The notes under the pieces are model-generated. The model searched no databases. It saw nothing but the letters and a program-made list of their open reading frames with translations, and was not told the origin of the DNA. A DNA stretch of 64,000 nt, taken from NCBI GenBank assembly GCA_054600435.1, contig BAAIJX010000023.1:1-64000 (forward strand). Reading direction: 5' to 3'. This document shows, in pieces, positions 11,862-21,738 of the stretch; positions within the stretch are counted from its first letter, which is position 1; each line of letters starts with the position of its first letter. The translations under genes and the position numbers were made by a program. This DNA comes from Neophaeotheca triangularis. Lineage: Eukaryota.

Positions 11862-12887
11862 ATGCCATGTCGAGTACCCAATCTGGCTAAAACTTCCACC
11901 GCAATACTACGCAACACCACCCAAGCACACAATTTCCCATCAATCTACAGGCCCAAGACCAACCACGCTCACACCCGTTCCACCAGCACGATGGCAACCT
12001 CAACTCCCGAGCCTAGAAAGCTCAAAATCCTCATGCTCCACGGTTACACGCAATCAGGCCCGCTCTTCCACGCCAAAACGCGCGCCCTAGGCAAAAACCT
12101 CGAAAAACACTTCCCCCCGGCCCCCAAACCCGGCCATCTCCCCGACTACCCCGGCGGTGTGAGCCTCTCGTACCCCACCGCGCCGCTGAAATTGGAAACG
12201 ACGGATATCCCGGGCTACGACGTCGACGGCGGTGGCGATGGCGCGCTGGAAGCTTACGGCTGGTGGCGGCGCAAAGGCGACGGCGAGCCGTATCGATACG
12301 AGGGCATGGAAATGGGGCTGCAGAGGGTGGCCGAGGTCATGGAAGCCGAGGGGCCTTTTGATGGCGTGGTTGGGTTCTCGCAGGGCGGGGCGGCGGCGGG
12401 CATGATTGCCGCGTTGTTGGAGGACGGGAGGCGGGCGGCTTTTGAGGAAGCGCAGGTCAGGGGTGGGATGCGGTATCCGGATTCTTTTGTCAGGGACTCG
12501 GGTTTTATTGAGGAGGCTGTGCAGCCGCCTTTGAAGTTCGCGGTGAGTTATAGCGGGTTTGGTGCCAGTACTAATGAGCTGTATCGGGCGTTTTATGAGC
12601 CGATAATTCGGACGCCCATGTGTCATTTTTTGGGGAGCGTAGATACGGTTGTGGAGGAGAAGAGGAGTTTAAGGTTGGTGGAGGCTTGTGTCGATGGGAG
12701 GGGGAGGGAGGGCGGTGTGCAGCGGCTGGTTTATCATCCCGGTGGTCATTTCTTGCCGAGTAGTCAGAAGCAGTATGTTAATGCTTTGGTAGCTTTTATT
12801 AGGGAGGCTTTGGAGGAGGCTAAGGGGGGAGGGGTGGTGGCTGAGAAGAAGGAGGAGAGTGTCGAGGATATGGATGTTCCTTTTTGA
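11862..12887 (+). CDS. FSH1-family serine hydrolase (OVCA2-like); second in-frame ATG at 11991
   Basis: KILMLHGYTQSG, GPFDGVVGFSQGG nucleophile elbow, HFLGSVDTVV, and HPGGHFLP catalytic His. Confidence 0.88.
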   Translation: MPCRVPNLAKTSTAILRNTTQAHNFPSIYRPKTNHAHTRSTSTMATSTPEPRKLKILMLHGYTQSGPLFHAKTRALGKNLEKHFPPAPKPGHLPDYPGGVSLSYPTAPLKLETTDIPGYDVDGGGDGALEAYGWWRRKGDGEPYRYEGMEMGLQRVAEVMEAEGPFDGVVGFSQGGAAAGMIAALLEDGRRAAFEEAQVRGGMRYPDSFVRDSGFIEEAVQPPLKFAVSYSGFGASTNELYRAFYEPIIRTPMCHFLGSVDTVVEEKRSLRLVEACVDGRGREGGVQRLVYHPGGHFLPSSQKQYVNALVAFIREALEEAKGGGVVAEKKEESVEDMDVPF

Positions 12888-13402
12888 GGTAGTGGTATGC
12901 TTGTTCGAAGTGATGGTTGGTCTGGCATCAGCGCAGGCGTTTGCGGCATGTCTGAACGATACACGGGGCGCCTATAGCATAGGTATAGACGATCATGGAT
13001 GAAGTCCTTCTAGAAGGAGCCTTGGATGTAAGCAAGAAGCATGCCAGTAGTTTCACGCCGTCTTCTCCCGAAAAAAAAAAAAAAAGAGCATCACCCCTTG
13101 TGGTCCAGGCTACGAAAGCAATCTCGAATATTTCTTGGAGCACGCCAACCAACTATAAAAATGCAATGCCGTTCTTACTGTACACACTATATTACGCTCG
13201 GCGGCCGCGAGAGCAGCTATGGTATCTATACTGTACAAAAGCAACTCAACTACTTGCTGCTCATCCAATCGCTTCCGGCATGCATCCCAAAACCCAATAC
13301 CAAGAACTCCAAACCCATATGCTCTTAAACAGCAGCGCCATAAGCTTACACCCACATGAAAACTCTATGCAAGGGAGAAAGAGACAAGTCGAAGAAACTG
13401 CC

Positions 13403-15565
13403 TCACCTAGGCGTACTGTTCAGCGGACCACTGATACCGCCCGATCTTGACGACTCGATATTATCCGCGCCGGCCTGCTGGTGCGGCGACATCTGCTGCA
13501 TCTCGACACCCCTCTTCTCCTCATCCGCAGCGTTCTTAGCACCGCCGTTAGCAGCGACAGAGTACTTGCCCTTCAGCTGTGCCTTTCTCTGCTTCTTAGG
13601 CAGCGTGTGCCCCATTCTGAGATCGCCTTGCTGGTAACGCCTTTTAAACCCCATGTAACTCGGCGGTCGCGGTCTTACTAACACGGCGACCCAGTTGCGC
13701 AACCAGGAGGCTTGCGAGAAGGGACGGTGTCGGTCTTTCTTCATGAATTTGTGGGAATTGAGATACTCTCTTGTGCTCTCGCCGCGCGCCATAAGGAATA
13801 CGTGGTAGCCGAAGAGACTGCCCGGGTATGGCAGCGCTAGGACGGAGTAGATGAACATTGCGAAGCCCACGCGTTCTTCCGTTCTACCGCTCAAACTGCT
13901 TCGAAAGGACATGCCGTTTCGAGAGGCGTAGAGCGCGACGTGGACGAGGCTGAAAGTTATCAGGAGGATTGCAAGGAGCGTTGCGGATCCGACGAAGGCG
14001 AAGAAGTATCGATAATTGCGGCGGCCGACGCAGTTGTTGAGCCATACGCAGTGGTGGTCTTGTGTTTCGATGCAGGCGTCGCAGATGCGACAGTGGTGTC
14101 CTCGGGGCGGTCGCCAGATGTTGCAGGATTTGCAAAATTTGGTCGGTACTTCCATGGCCGTTGTGCCGGATGGCTCATCTAATGGAGAAGAGCCTGCTTT
14201 ATGGCTGCCAGGGAATGTCTTGATCATGACCCACTCTGTCAATGGTGGGCCTATTGTGAGAGGATCGCGATCTTCGGCTGGGTTTGGAGGGTGTGGATGT
14301 AGGTTGCGTGGTAGAATACCGGGATCCGAGAAGGCGGCGTGAACGAAGGAGGAAATTGTGACTAAGAATACATAGGCGAAAATGATGGGTATCGCTGGCG
14401 AAACATTCGTCCACAGCCAAGGTGCAGAGAAGCCGAAGAACAAGGCAGTAGGCAGAACAGCAAGAAGACACGTAGCGACATTGAGTGGTTTGGCTCTGGT
14501 ATTGAGCCAGCGGCCGCGGCCGAAGAAGAGGGTGTTACTAGCAGCGTACTCGTAGTTGCGGCCTTTACCTTTTGGTCCAGCGTTTGGGCTAGGCATGGGC
14601 GGTTTTTCCGTCGACCGAATTGGTGATGATGGTGCGGACTCGAGCTTTTCGTGTTGAGCTGGTGAGGGATGGAACTCGTTCAGCTGTCTGCTCTGCCGCC
14701 GCGATCCGAGTCGTAAAGACGCCCTTATCGAGTTCCTTGCCGATCGTGGCGACGCCACAGGAGGGTTTGTAGATTGATGGCTAGGAGGGTTGCGATCCAA
14801 TTTGAGGTGTGCAGGGGCGTTTCGGGTACGCAAAGGCACAGTGCTGTTGCCACTAGTGACACTCCCGGCAATATTGCGCTCCCATTCTTGCTTCTCTTCG
14901 GCATTGGTAGACGCTGTCCCTCTGCTCTGGGGTAATGGCGGCACATCATTGTCCCTGGTAGGCGGCCGATCTCGCATCGTATTAACAGAAGCATTACTAT
15001 GCCTGTGTCCATGCCGACCGCTTGCCGCATTGCTCTGGTCGCTCTTCTTCCTCCCATGTGCTGCGCTCGCAACATTCTGCGCCAGCGCACTCGGTGGTTT
15101 CTGCCCTCTCTGTACCTGCAGCTTCTGACTGCTCAGCGGGCGGAAGAAGCCTTGCGCCGTGAGAGATGGAACATGGGTCTTGCTAATAGATGTGCTCGGT
15201 CTGGATCCCAGGTCATCCGGAGATGTCGCGCCAGGTTTGTAGCTGCCTCCCTCGGGGATTAATGGCCCTCTTCTCGAGTTTGGGGGTTGGTGAGCGCTCG
15301 TCCGGCCGTTAGTGACTGCGCTCGCAGGTCGCGACGGTGGCAGGCCAGGCTCTCCTACTGGACCTGTGTTTGAAGGTATCGCAGATTGACGAGTGGTCGA
15401 TGATACATTGTCCGCTGCGTACTCGGAAGCGCCTTCGGTCGTTGCGCTTGTAGGCGACAAGGGCCTGTCGCGACGCTCGCTGGAAGGATATGGATCGTAG
15501 TCGAGGAAGGTAGGAAACGCGCTCGATTCGCCCTTGGGTCGTTGTTCCAGCCCGTCTTCAGCCAT
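13403..15565 (-). CDS. ERF2: DHHC palmitoyltransferase Erf2
   Basis: SDPGILPRNLH, KFCKSCNIWRPPRGHHCRICDACIETQDHHCVWLNNCVGRRNYRYF, four TM helices and a long disordered N-terminus. ATG at 15565 (MAEDGLEQ). Confidence 0.9.
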   Translation of the reverse strand: MAEDGLEQRPKGESSAFPTFLDYDPYPSSERRDRPLSPTSATTEGASEYAADNVSSTTRQSAIPSNTGPVGEPGLPPSRPASAVTNGRTSAHQPPNSRRGPLIPEGGSYKPGATSPDDLGSRPSTSISKTHVPSLTAQGFFRPLSSQKLQVQRGQKPPSALAQNVASAAHGRKKSDQSNAASGRHGHRHSNASVNTMRDRPPTRDNDVPPLPQSRGTASTNAEEKQEWERNIAGSVTSGNSTVPLRTRNAPAHLKLDRNPPSHQSTNPPVASPRSARNSIRASLRLGSRRQSRQLNEFHPSPAQHEKLESAPSSPIRSTEKPPMPSPNAGPKGKGRNYEYAASNTLFFGRGRWLNTRAKPLNVATCLLAVLPTALFFGFSAPWLWTNVSPAIPIIFAYVFLVTISSFVHAAFSDPGILPRNLHPHPPNPAEDRDPLTIGPPLTEWVMIKTFPGSHKAGSSPLDEPSGTTAMEVPTKFCKSCNIWRPPRGHHCRICDACIETQDHHCVWLNNCVGRRNYRYFFAFVGSATLLAILLITFSLVHVALYASRNGMSFRSSLSGRTEERVGFAMFIYSVLALPYPGSLFGYHVFLMARGESTREYLNSHKFMKKDRHRPFSQASWLRNWVAVLVRPRPPSYMGFKRRYQQGDLRMGHTLPKKQRKAQLKGKYSVAANGGAKNAADEEKRGVEMQQMSPHQQAGADNIESSRSGGISGPLNSTPR

Positions 15566-16033
15566 GACTATCTCTCGTGGCCAGACAGATTGGCGGGATG
15601 ATTGCGCTGGATAGAATAGCTCGTCGGCGTCACTCGCAGCGTTGTTCGGGAAGCGGACAGTGTATGATGCATCGTCTGTGTATCTCTCGGTGCGTTTCAA
15701 GGCGATTCCATGGGAGTATGTCTGTTGTGTTCGTCGTGTCACGCAGGTGTCGCATCTGTCGAGCCGGCTATCTGCAGTGCATTGCAGGATGTGCGACGGG
15801 GAGGCCGTCGGGAGTGGTCGCTGGTCGTGTAGGGGGTGTAGCCAAGCCTGCGCCGGCTCCTTCCGTCGAGCTTGCTTTCAGGAACAACGGACGGGAACGA
15901 CTTGCAGCTGCTTCACACGGCACGTCACACCACCAACGACTCTATCTCTACTGTATACCTGGTGTTCAAATAACCTCCAGTCACTCTCCACTCTCCACTC
16001 TTCACTCCACTCCCTACAACACCACCAGCCACC

Positions 16034-16542
16034 ATGTCCGCCATTGCCAGGAGGGCCGCCTTCCAGGCCACCCGCGCACCTCTGCGCCAAACCCCCCGCC
16101 GCTACGCTTCCGGAGTCAACTCGGGCGCCGGCGCCGCCGATGCGGAGGCCCAGCAGCAGCAGAACGTCTTGAAGAAGGGCGCAAAGAGGGATCCCGAGCT
16201 CTACGTACGCAGTACCTATAAGCATACCCACCCGCCTGGGCAACACCGCTAACGCCAAGCCAGATCCTCCTCACCATCATGTCCGGTGCCTTTGGCCTCG
16301 TCGGCTGGCACTTCTCCACCAACCCCACGAGCAGCAGCAGCACCAACACCGTCAGCCAAGCTGAGGACAGCGAGCCCTGGAAGACTGGAAGTGACGCCAA
16401 GTACCAATACCACCCCCACGGCGACAAGAGCAGGGGTCGCAAGGACGCCCCCAGCGCCCTGAACGAGGTTATCATCCCCAATGTCAACCTGCCAAAGTCA
16501 CTTCACGAGAGGTACAACAAGTGGGGCAAGGAGGGCTACTAG
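16034..16542 (+). CDS. Small mitochondrial single-pass membrane protein, probably MLRQ/NDUFA4(B12D)-like; intron 16205..16263
   Basis: Presequence-like N-terminus (MSAIARRAAF...RRYAS). RDPELY|ILLTIMSGAFGLVGWHF TM segment is joined across a GTACGC...GCTAAC...CAG intron. Family identity is from memory. Confidence 0.7.
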
Positions 16543-17074
16543 AGGTGTGTCTTGTCCTGGGGGGTATTGGAAGAGGCATGCTGCTGGAGGGCGATAGGGC
16601 GTTCGTGCTACCAATGTACACAATGCGACAATCTGAGTTGGTAGTCCTGTACCTTGTACAATCCCAGACCATGCACACCGGGAGATTCAGGGGATTGGGA
16701 CCGTTGACCACGGCGTTCTTCACATAAATCCAGCTTCTACGGGGTTTGTAGTTTATTACCAACGGTAGTAAGGTCCATGTCGGAGACAACGCCAGGCCCC
16801 AACAGCTTGTGTAGTCTGAGCAGTACGACGGTAGGCTCCAACTCTTCCGCGCCAAACACCCGCAAACACGGCTCCGGGAGTCCGCTCAGCACCAGAAAGC
16901 TATGCGGCCGCAACGACAGATTTGTGTTGACATCTATGCCTGTTAGAGTTGTGCCTGTAGCTGGGGGCAATCGGGGCGGATGTGGCCGGGTTTCTGTACT
17001 TGATGTTAGCCCGATACTTAGAACTTACACAAGTACCGTAGTTGAAACACGTACGCGGTCTTTTTGAAATTCCA

Positions 17075-17124
17075 CCACGCCCACCCCCATAACCTCCCCC
17101 ACGCCCACCACGCCCGCCACGCCC
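17075..17124. repeat. Cluster of four CCACGCCC octamers (three at 9-bp spacing)
   Basis: Copies start at 17075, 17099, 17108 and 17117. Confidence 0.8.
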
Positions 17125-17327
17125 ACCGCCATACGAGTCGTCATATGAAACTGTTAGCTGTGCCCGTTGTTACGCTAGTATTGCAGTGTCGATAGAAGCC
17201 ATCTGATGACGGCAGGTGGCTGTAAGGTTGCGGCCGCGCTTTAGTAGCGATGAGTGGAGTCGGGTCCTTGATCATCGTCAATTTGTATTCTCACAAGATA
17301 AGAGTTGATTGACCATACCCCATCAGG

Positions 17328-17723
17328 TTACACACCATCGTCTTTACTCGGTATTGTATAGTTTTTTGTATAACGAACTTGGGCTCGTACCGCCTGTGCG
17401 GACCTGTCAAGATCGTAGCCAATCTGCTTATACGTCTTTCCCTGCGCTCGAAGCTCTCGTACTTTTTGCACTTCTACTGGAGACCATCGACGTGGAAGTC
17501 GCAGAGTCTTCCAGACTCGGATCGCTGAGTCAGCAAAGCGACAATCTAAGATGGCTGAGACCACATTTTCCATGTTCACAGCGTGCCCGCTCGCAAGGAT
17601 GCACATCCAATGGGGCAGAAGGCTCAGCGCCGAACTCGAAATTCGCGACGTGAAATGTCTCTTGGGGAAGCCGTTCACCTTGCGTTCGTCAGCAGTGAAG
17701 CGTCCGAAACGCCAGTTTCTCAC
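17328..17723 (-). pseudogene. Degenerate or very short Myb/SANT-like HTH coding sequence
   Basis: RRWSPVEVQKVRELRAQGKTYKQIGYDLDRSAQAVR fits a Myb-like repeat, and a possible second remnant (WRFGRFTADERK) lies upstream. No convincing start or exon structure. Confidence 0.4.
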
Positions 17724-17781
17724 GACTACAAAGTATTCCAGGCGGCACTGCGCTGTGATGGTCGTGCTCCCAAGTTGCGAA

Positions 17782-17799
17782 AGAGAGAGAGAGAGAGAG
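17782..17799. repeat. (AG)9 microsatellite
   Basis: Direct read. Confidence 0.9.
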
Positions 17800-18086
17800 G
17801 AGAATGCCTCGGATGCGCTGTTGACGGTACTCTGTGCATCGTGGATATTCCAATCGTTTCACAAAGCTATGCTCTGCTGAGCTATAGATATGGGCATCGC
17901 TTCTTCGGTTTACTTAGCCCAACAACATCCAATGAACATGTTCATCAATCTGCGAAAGCCAGTATTGATCCATTAACTTCCTTCCCCACCTTCTACCGGC
18001 GGCGTCCCCGCGAATTGACGCCCGCCATTCAGCCGCTCCCTACAATCGGTGCCTCGTACAACCTCGAAACCATTTCCATCTCAAAC

Positions 18087-18853
18087 ATGCCAGGCAAAAC
18101 CCTCGTCGTCCTCGGCTCCGGGCCAGGCATCGGCGTCTCAGTAGCCAACACCTTCTCGGTCCGGGGCTTCACGCACGTCGCCCTCGTCGCGCGGAACAAG
18201 GAAAGACTCGACCAAGACTGGGACGCCGTACTCACTGCGATCCAAGAGCGAGGTTACACTTGCCAGGTCAAAAGATGGGCGTGCGATATCGGTGATTCGG
18301 AAGCTTTGCAGAAAGTTCTTGAAGAGATACAGGGGTTTGGAAGTCTGGAGTGTGTCTTCTTCAATGCGGCGAGGGTGGGTGGGAAGCCGCCGCTTGAGGA
18401 GGAGAGGGGGCAGATTGAAATTGATTTCAAGGTGAGCGTGGGTGGGGAGATTGTGGAGCTTTCTACGGTGTCTTGCGACTAATGCGGGAATGGCAGGTAA
18501 CGAATCTTGCGCTCTACCAGACAGCTCAATGGGCTATGCCTCTTCTCGAGGAGCGAGCTGGCACTGAAGGCGCGTCCCCCTCGTTCCTCGTGACCAGCAC
18601 GACGCAGCTCCACAAAGAACCTGTCGCAGACCTCGTGTCGCTGTCGATGGTGAAGTCTGCCCAGAGAGCTCTAGTGTTATCCCTGCATGCCAAATTCGGT
18701 GAGGAGGTGCATGTGGCGCTCGTAAGCGTGGGAGGTGTGGTTTCACCCGAGAGCAAGACGCTGAGTCCAGAGAACATTGCCGAGCAGACGTTCCAGCTTT
18801 ACAAGCAGCCGAAGGATAAGTGGACTAGGGAGATTGAGATAGTGGGAGAGTAG
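18087..18853 (+). CDS. Short-chain dehydrogenase/reductase (atypical SDR); intron 18432..18496
   Basis: Rossmann motif LVVLGSGPGIGVSVA, VFFNAARV, and SLSMVKSAQR in place of YxxxK. The GTGAGC...ACTAAT...CAG intron restores frame. Confidence 0.88.
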
Positions 18854-19720
18854 ATGTTGTCGATGCATACGAGCAGGCAGCAAATCTCTAGCAGATGTGC
18901 AAATGCGCCCGGCCATCCGATTGCCCCGCTCAACACTGCATTTTGGGGACTGTACACTCAGTGGAAAGATGCAAGAGCAAGAAGGGTACTGTGGCCATCA
19001 GACTGCCTTTTAATGCCGATGCGGTGCGCGAAGAGAGCGCTGCGCTATCCAGCCAGAACAGAGCCCACCCTTCAGAGCTCAGAAACGAAGTATCTCAGGC
19101 GCCAAAGGCGTCGAGATTCCGCCACGCATTCGGTGTGTTTGAAGAGGTCAAAGTCTGCTGGTTACCCTTTGTCCTGGACGAGTGTAAACGCCCACTGAGA
19201 GCTGATCGGTTGCCCGGGAGCTCTCACGTATACATTGGGTAGTTGACCACTTGGGCCTGTATTGCAATGTTTCACTGTCTGCTCAATGCTATATAAACAA
19301 CAAGACCATGGTATACATTTCGTAAAATTGCAGCCCAAGATTCCATCTAAAATCTAGATGGATGCAGGTGATTGACTTGCAACTTGTCACCGGCCCGCTT
19401 CAACGGGCGACTTCACCTAGAACTTGACCTCGTGGCACTATACCAGTATCCTACGTCACCAATGTAGATCCTGGATATTTATCAAAACGCCCGTTTACAC
19501 CATCACCATGTATGTCTAGGTAATGCTAAAACGTCCTTTATCTGCCGAGGGGCTTGCAGAACAAGGGTTTCGTCTAGTAATAACATCTATCCGCTCATAA
19601 CATATCAATCATCACTTCTTCATCAACCGTCACATGCGCTTTGGGAACAACCACTGGTTCCAGGAAATCCGATGATCCAAGGCTTCACGGACGTCTAACA
19701 CCAAGACCAGGTATTCAAAC

Positions 19721-21145
19721 ATGGCGAACATGATCAAGAAGAGCGTCTCCAAGGCCACCGGAGGCGACTCCGTCGACAGCAAGGAAGTGCGCGAAGAAGC
19801 GGAGAAGTACCGTCTACGGGTCACAGCCGGACCATCCTACGACATGGAAACACACAAGCCCGTCTACGTAAACACCGACACGGCAACCTACATTGAAAAT
19901 GACTTCGTCAAGGCGAAAATCAAGGTTCGGATTCGGGGGTACGAAGGGCTCCCGACGGGCTCCAAAAGCCACAGCCCCTACTTTGACGACCCGATCCATG
20001 GGAAGGATCAATACAGTCTAGGATTCAGCTTCGTTCCCAAGCAAGATCTCCCCTGCGAAGGAAGCGTATGGGGGAACGACTTCGACCATCCTGTCCGAGA
20101 TCGACTGCCACCGGGTTTCAACACTGCCTTTCGCATCGTCAAGGAATTCATTGACCCTGGGCTGAATTGCGATGCGTATAGCGATCAGCCGTGGCTCTAC
20201 GGCCCGAGCCTATCCTGCTGGTTCGCCTTCCGGATAGGCGAGCAAGTCAACGACGGCGACGACTTTCCCGCCCCTGACGAGCACCAAGTGATGCAAGACG
20301 GCGCCGACGGCAGCGGCCAAGCGATCCGCGAGAAGCTAGGCTTACCGGACAACAACGAGAAACGACGCAAGTTTTTCCTCGACAAGCGCAACCGCGAAGC
20401 TTTCACTTTCGAGCAGGGCCGGTGTTACCAGGGCGATTTCTACAACCCGTATATCGATTTCAGCAAATTCGCGCTCAAGTTGCCTGGGTTTAGTCTCGGG
20501 GTGCTCAAGTACATTGATGACAAGTCGCATCAATTGAGGTATGTGTTTAAGAACCAGGCGACGGGGGATGTATATTTGAATGTCAACTTTTCGTTGCTCT
20601 TTGGGGAGCAGCTTAAGGAGGCCATGGCTGCGGAGGAGGAGAGCGTCGGCGTGGCTGGGCGAGGGGAAAACAGGGTCGAGGCAAGCGATGGAGACGAGCC
20701 TGACGATAGTGTGCAAGAGGAGCAGAGAAATGAAGGCGTCAATGGCGAACCGTCGAGGGCCACGTCCAATGCGTCCGACACTGGCTTTCCGAAAACCGCC
20801 CAGCAAGCGATGCCAGACGGGAGCGGTGCAAGTAGTAGCAAGCAAAACCACACGGACGAAGAAAGCGCCGCCTCAGAACCGTCGCAAACCGAGAAGCCGA
20901 ATCCAATGCCCGATCAACACGAACCCGCCCCCCGAACCCCAAAACCACCGGAGAACCCAACCCAGATTTCAGAAACCCGCGAATCCGACTCCCGGCAAGC
21001 GCAACTACTCGAGGAGCGGCGACACACCGCTCACGTGGCCGAGATTAGTGACCTCCTCGAGGGCACTTCGACAAGCGATAAGCGGGGAAGCGAGCCTTTC
21101 CTGTTCGCGGATAGTAAGAAGCCGGCCGCTAAGTGGGCCGGTTAA
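19721..21145 (+). CDS. DUF1769-domain protein with disordered C-terminus
   Basis: KYRLRVTAGPSYD, WGNDFDHPVRDRLPPGFNTAFRIVKEFIDPGL and DFYNPYIDF are typical of fungal DUF1769 proteins. Confidence 0.8.
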   Translation: MANMIKKSVSKATGGDSVDSKEVREEAEKYRLRVTAGPSYDMETHKPVYVNTDTATYIENDFVKAKIKVRIRGYEGLPTGSKSHSPYFDDPIHGKDQYSLGFSFVPKQDLPCEGSVWGNDFDHPVRDRLPPGFNTAFRIVKEFIDPGLNCDAYSDQPWLYGPSLSCWFAFRIGEQVNDGDDFPAPDEHQVMQDGADGSGQAIREKLGLPDNNEKRRKFFLDKRNREAFTFEQGRCYQGDFYNPYIDFSKFALKLPGFSLGVLKYIDDKSHQLRYVFKNQATGDVYLNVNFSLLFGEQLKEAMAAEEESVGVAGRGENRVEASDGDEPDDSVQEEQRNEGVNGEPSRATSNASDTGFPKTAQQAMPDGSGASSSKQNHTDEESAASEPSQTEKPNPMPDQHEPAPRTPKPPENPTQISETRESDSRQAQLLEERRHTAHVAEISDLLEGTSTSDKRGSEPFLFADSKKPAAKWAG

Positions 21146-21738
21146 GGGCGTGCTTGAGAGATCTGCGAGTAAGGATAGTAAGTAAGATACAGAGGGATGC
21201 TTTTCTTCTCGAAAAGAGTGGGAAGGAGGGTCGAGCATAGGGGCTAGTCAACCCTCTTCAACCTCCACCTGATTTGAGCGCTTGGGCGGGGAGACTGGGC
21301 GTACTTGGCCACTGCAATGGAGCGAGAGGTGTATTGGAATGGTCGCGTCTGAAGCAGGAGTGCTTGATGTCGCGAATGGCCGGCCGCAATCTGCCATGTT
21401 GTCGAGCGAAAGGAGCTCAGTAGAGATACCCTTGGAATTTTGAGTGAATAATGCCATGTCGACAGCATCAATGCAAGGCAAGATCGCGCATATTTTCATT
21501 AAGCATGCCAGGCGTACCAACATTCGCGAGCGTAAAATCACGGCCCGCGCCACCCATATCTAGTGTACAAAACCCCCATCCGTAAAGCAAACTCCAGACG
21601 CGCCGTAGCAAAATGTAAAACAACACGCTCGCTCCCGTTTGTTCACTCGCTTTATGCATCGCACCTTACCTTTTACTCCCCGAAAAGCACCTCAATTTAA
21701 CGCTGACAATGCCGCTTGGCTCGAGATGTGAGCGCGGT

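Noticed and set aside
12885..12977. Stop read-through of FSH1 would end in -GRL, resembling a cryptic PTS1
   Set aside because: Stop context is TGA GGT, not the TGA CTA read-through motif, and GRL is a weak PTS1 variant.
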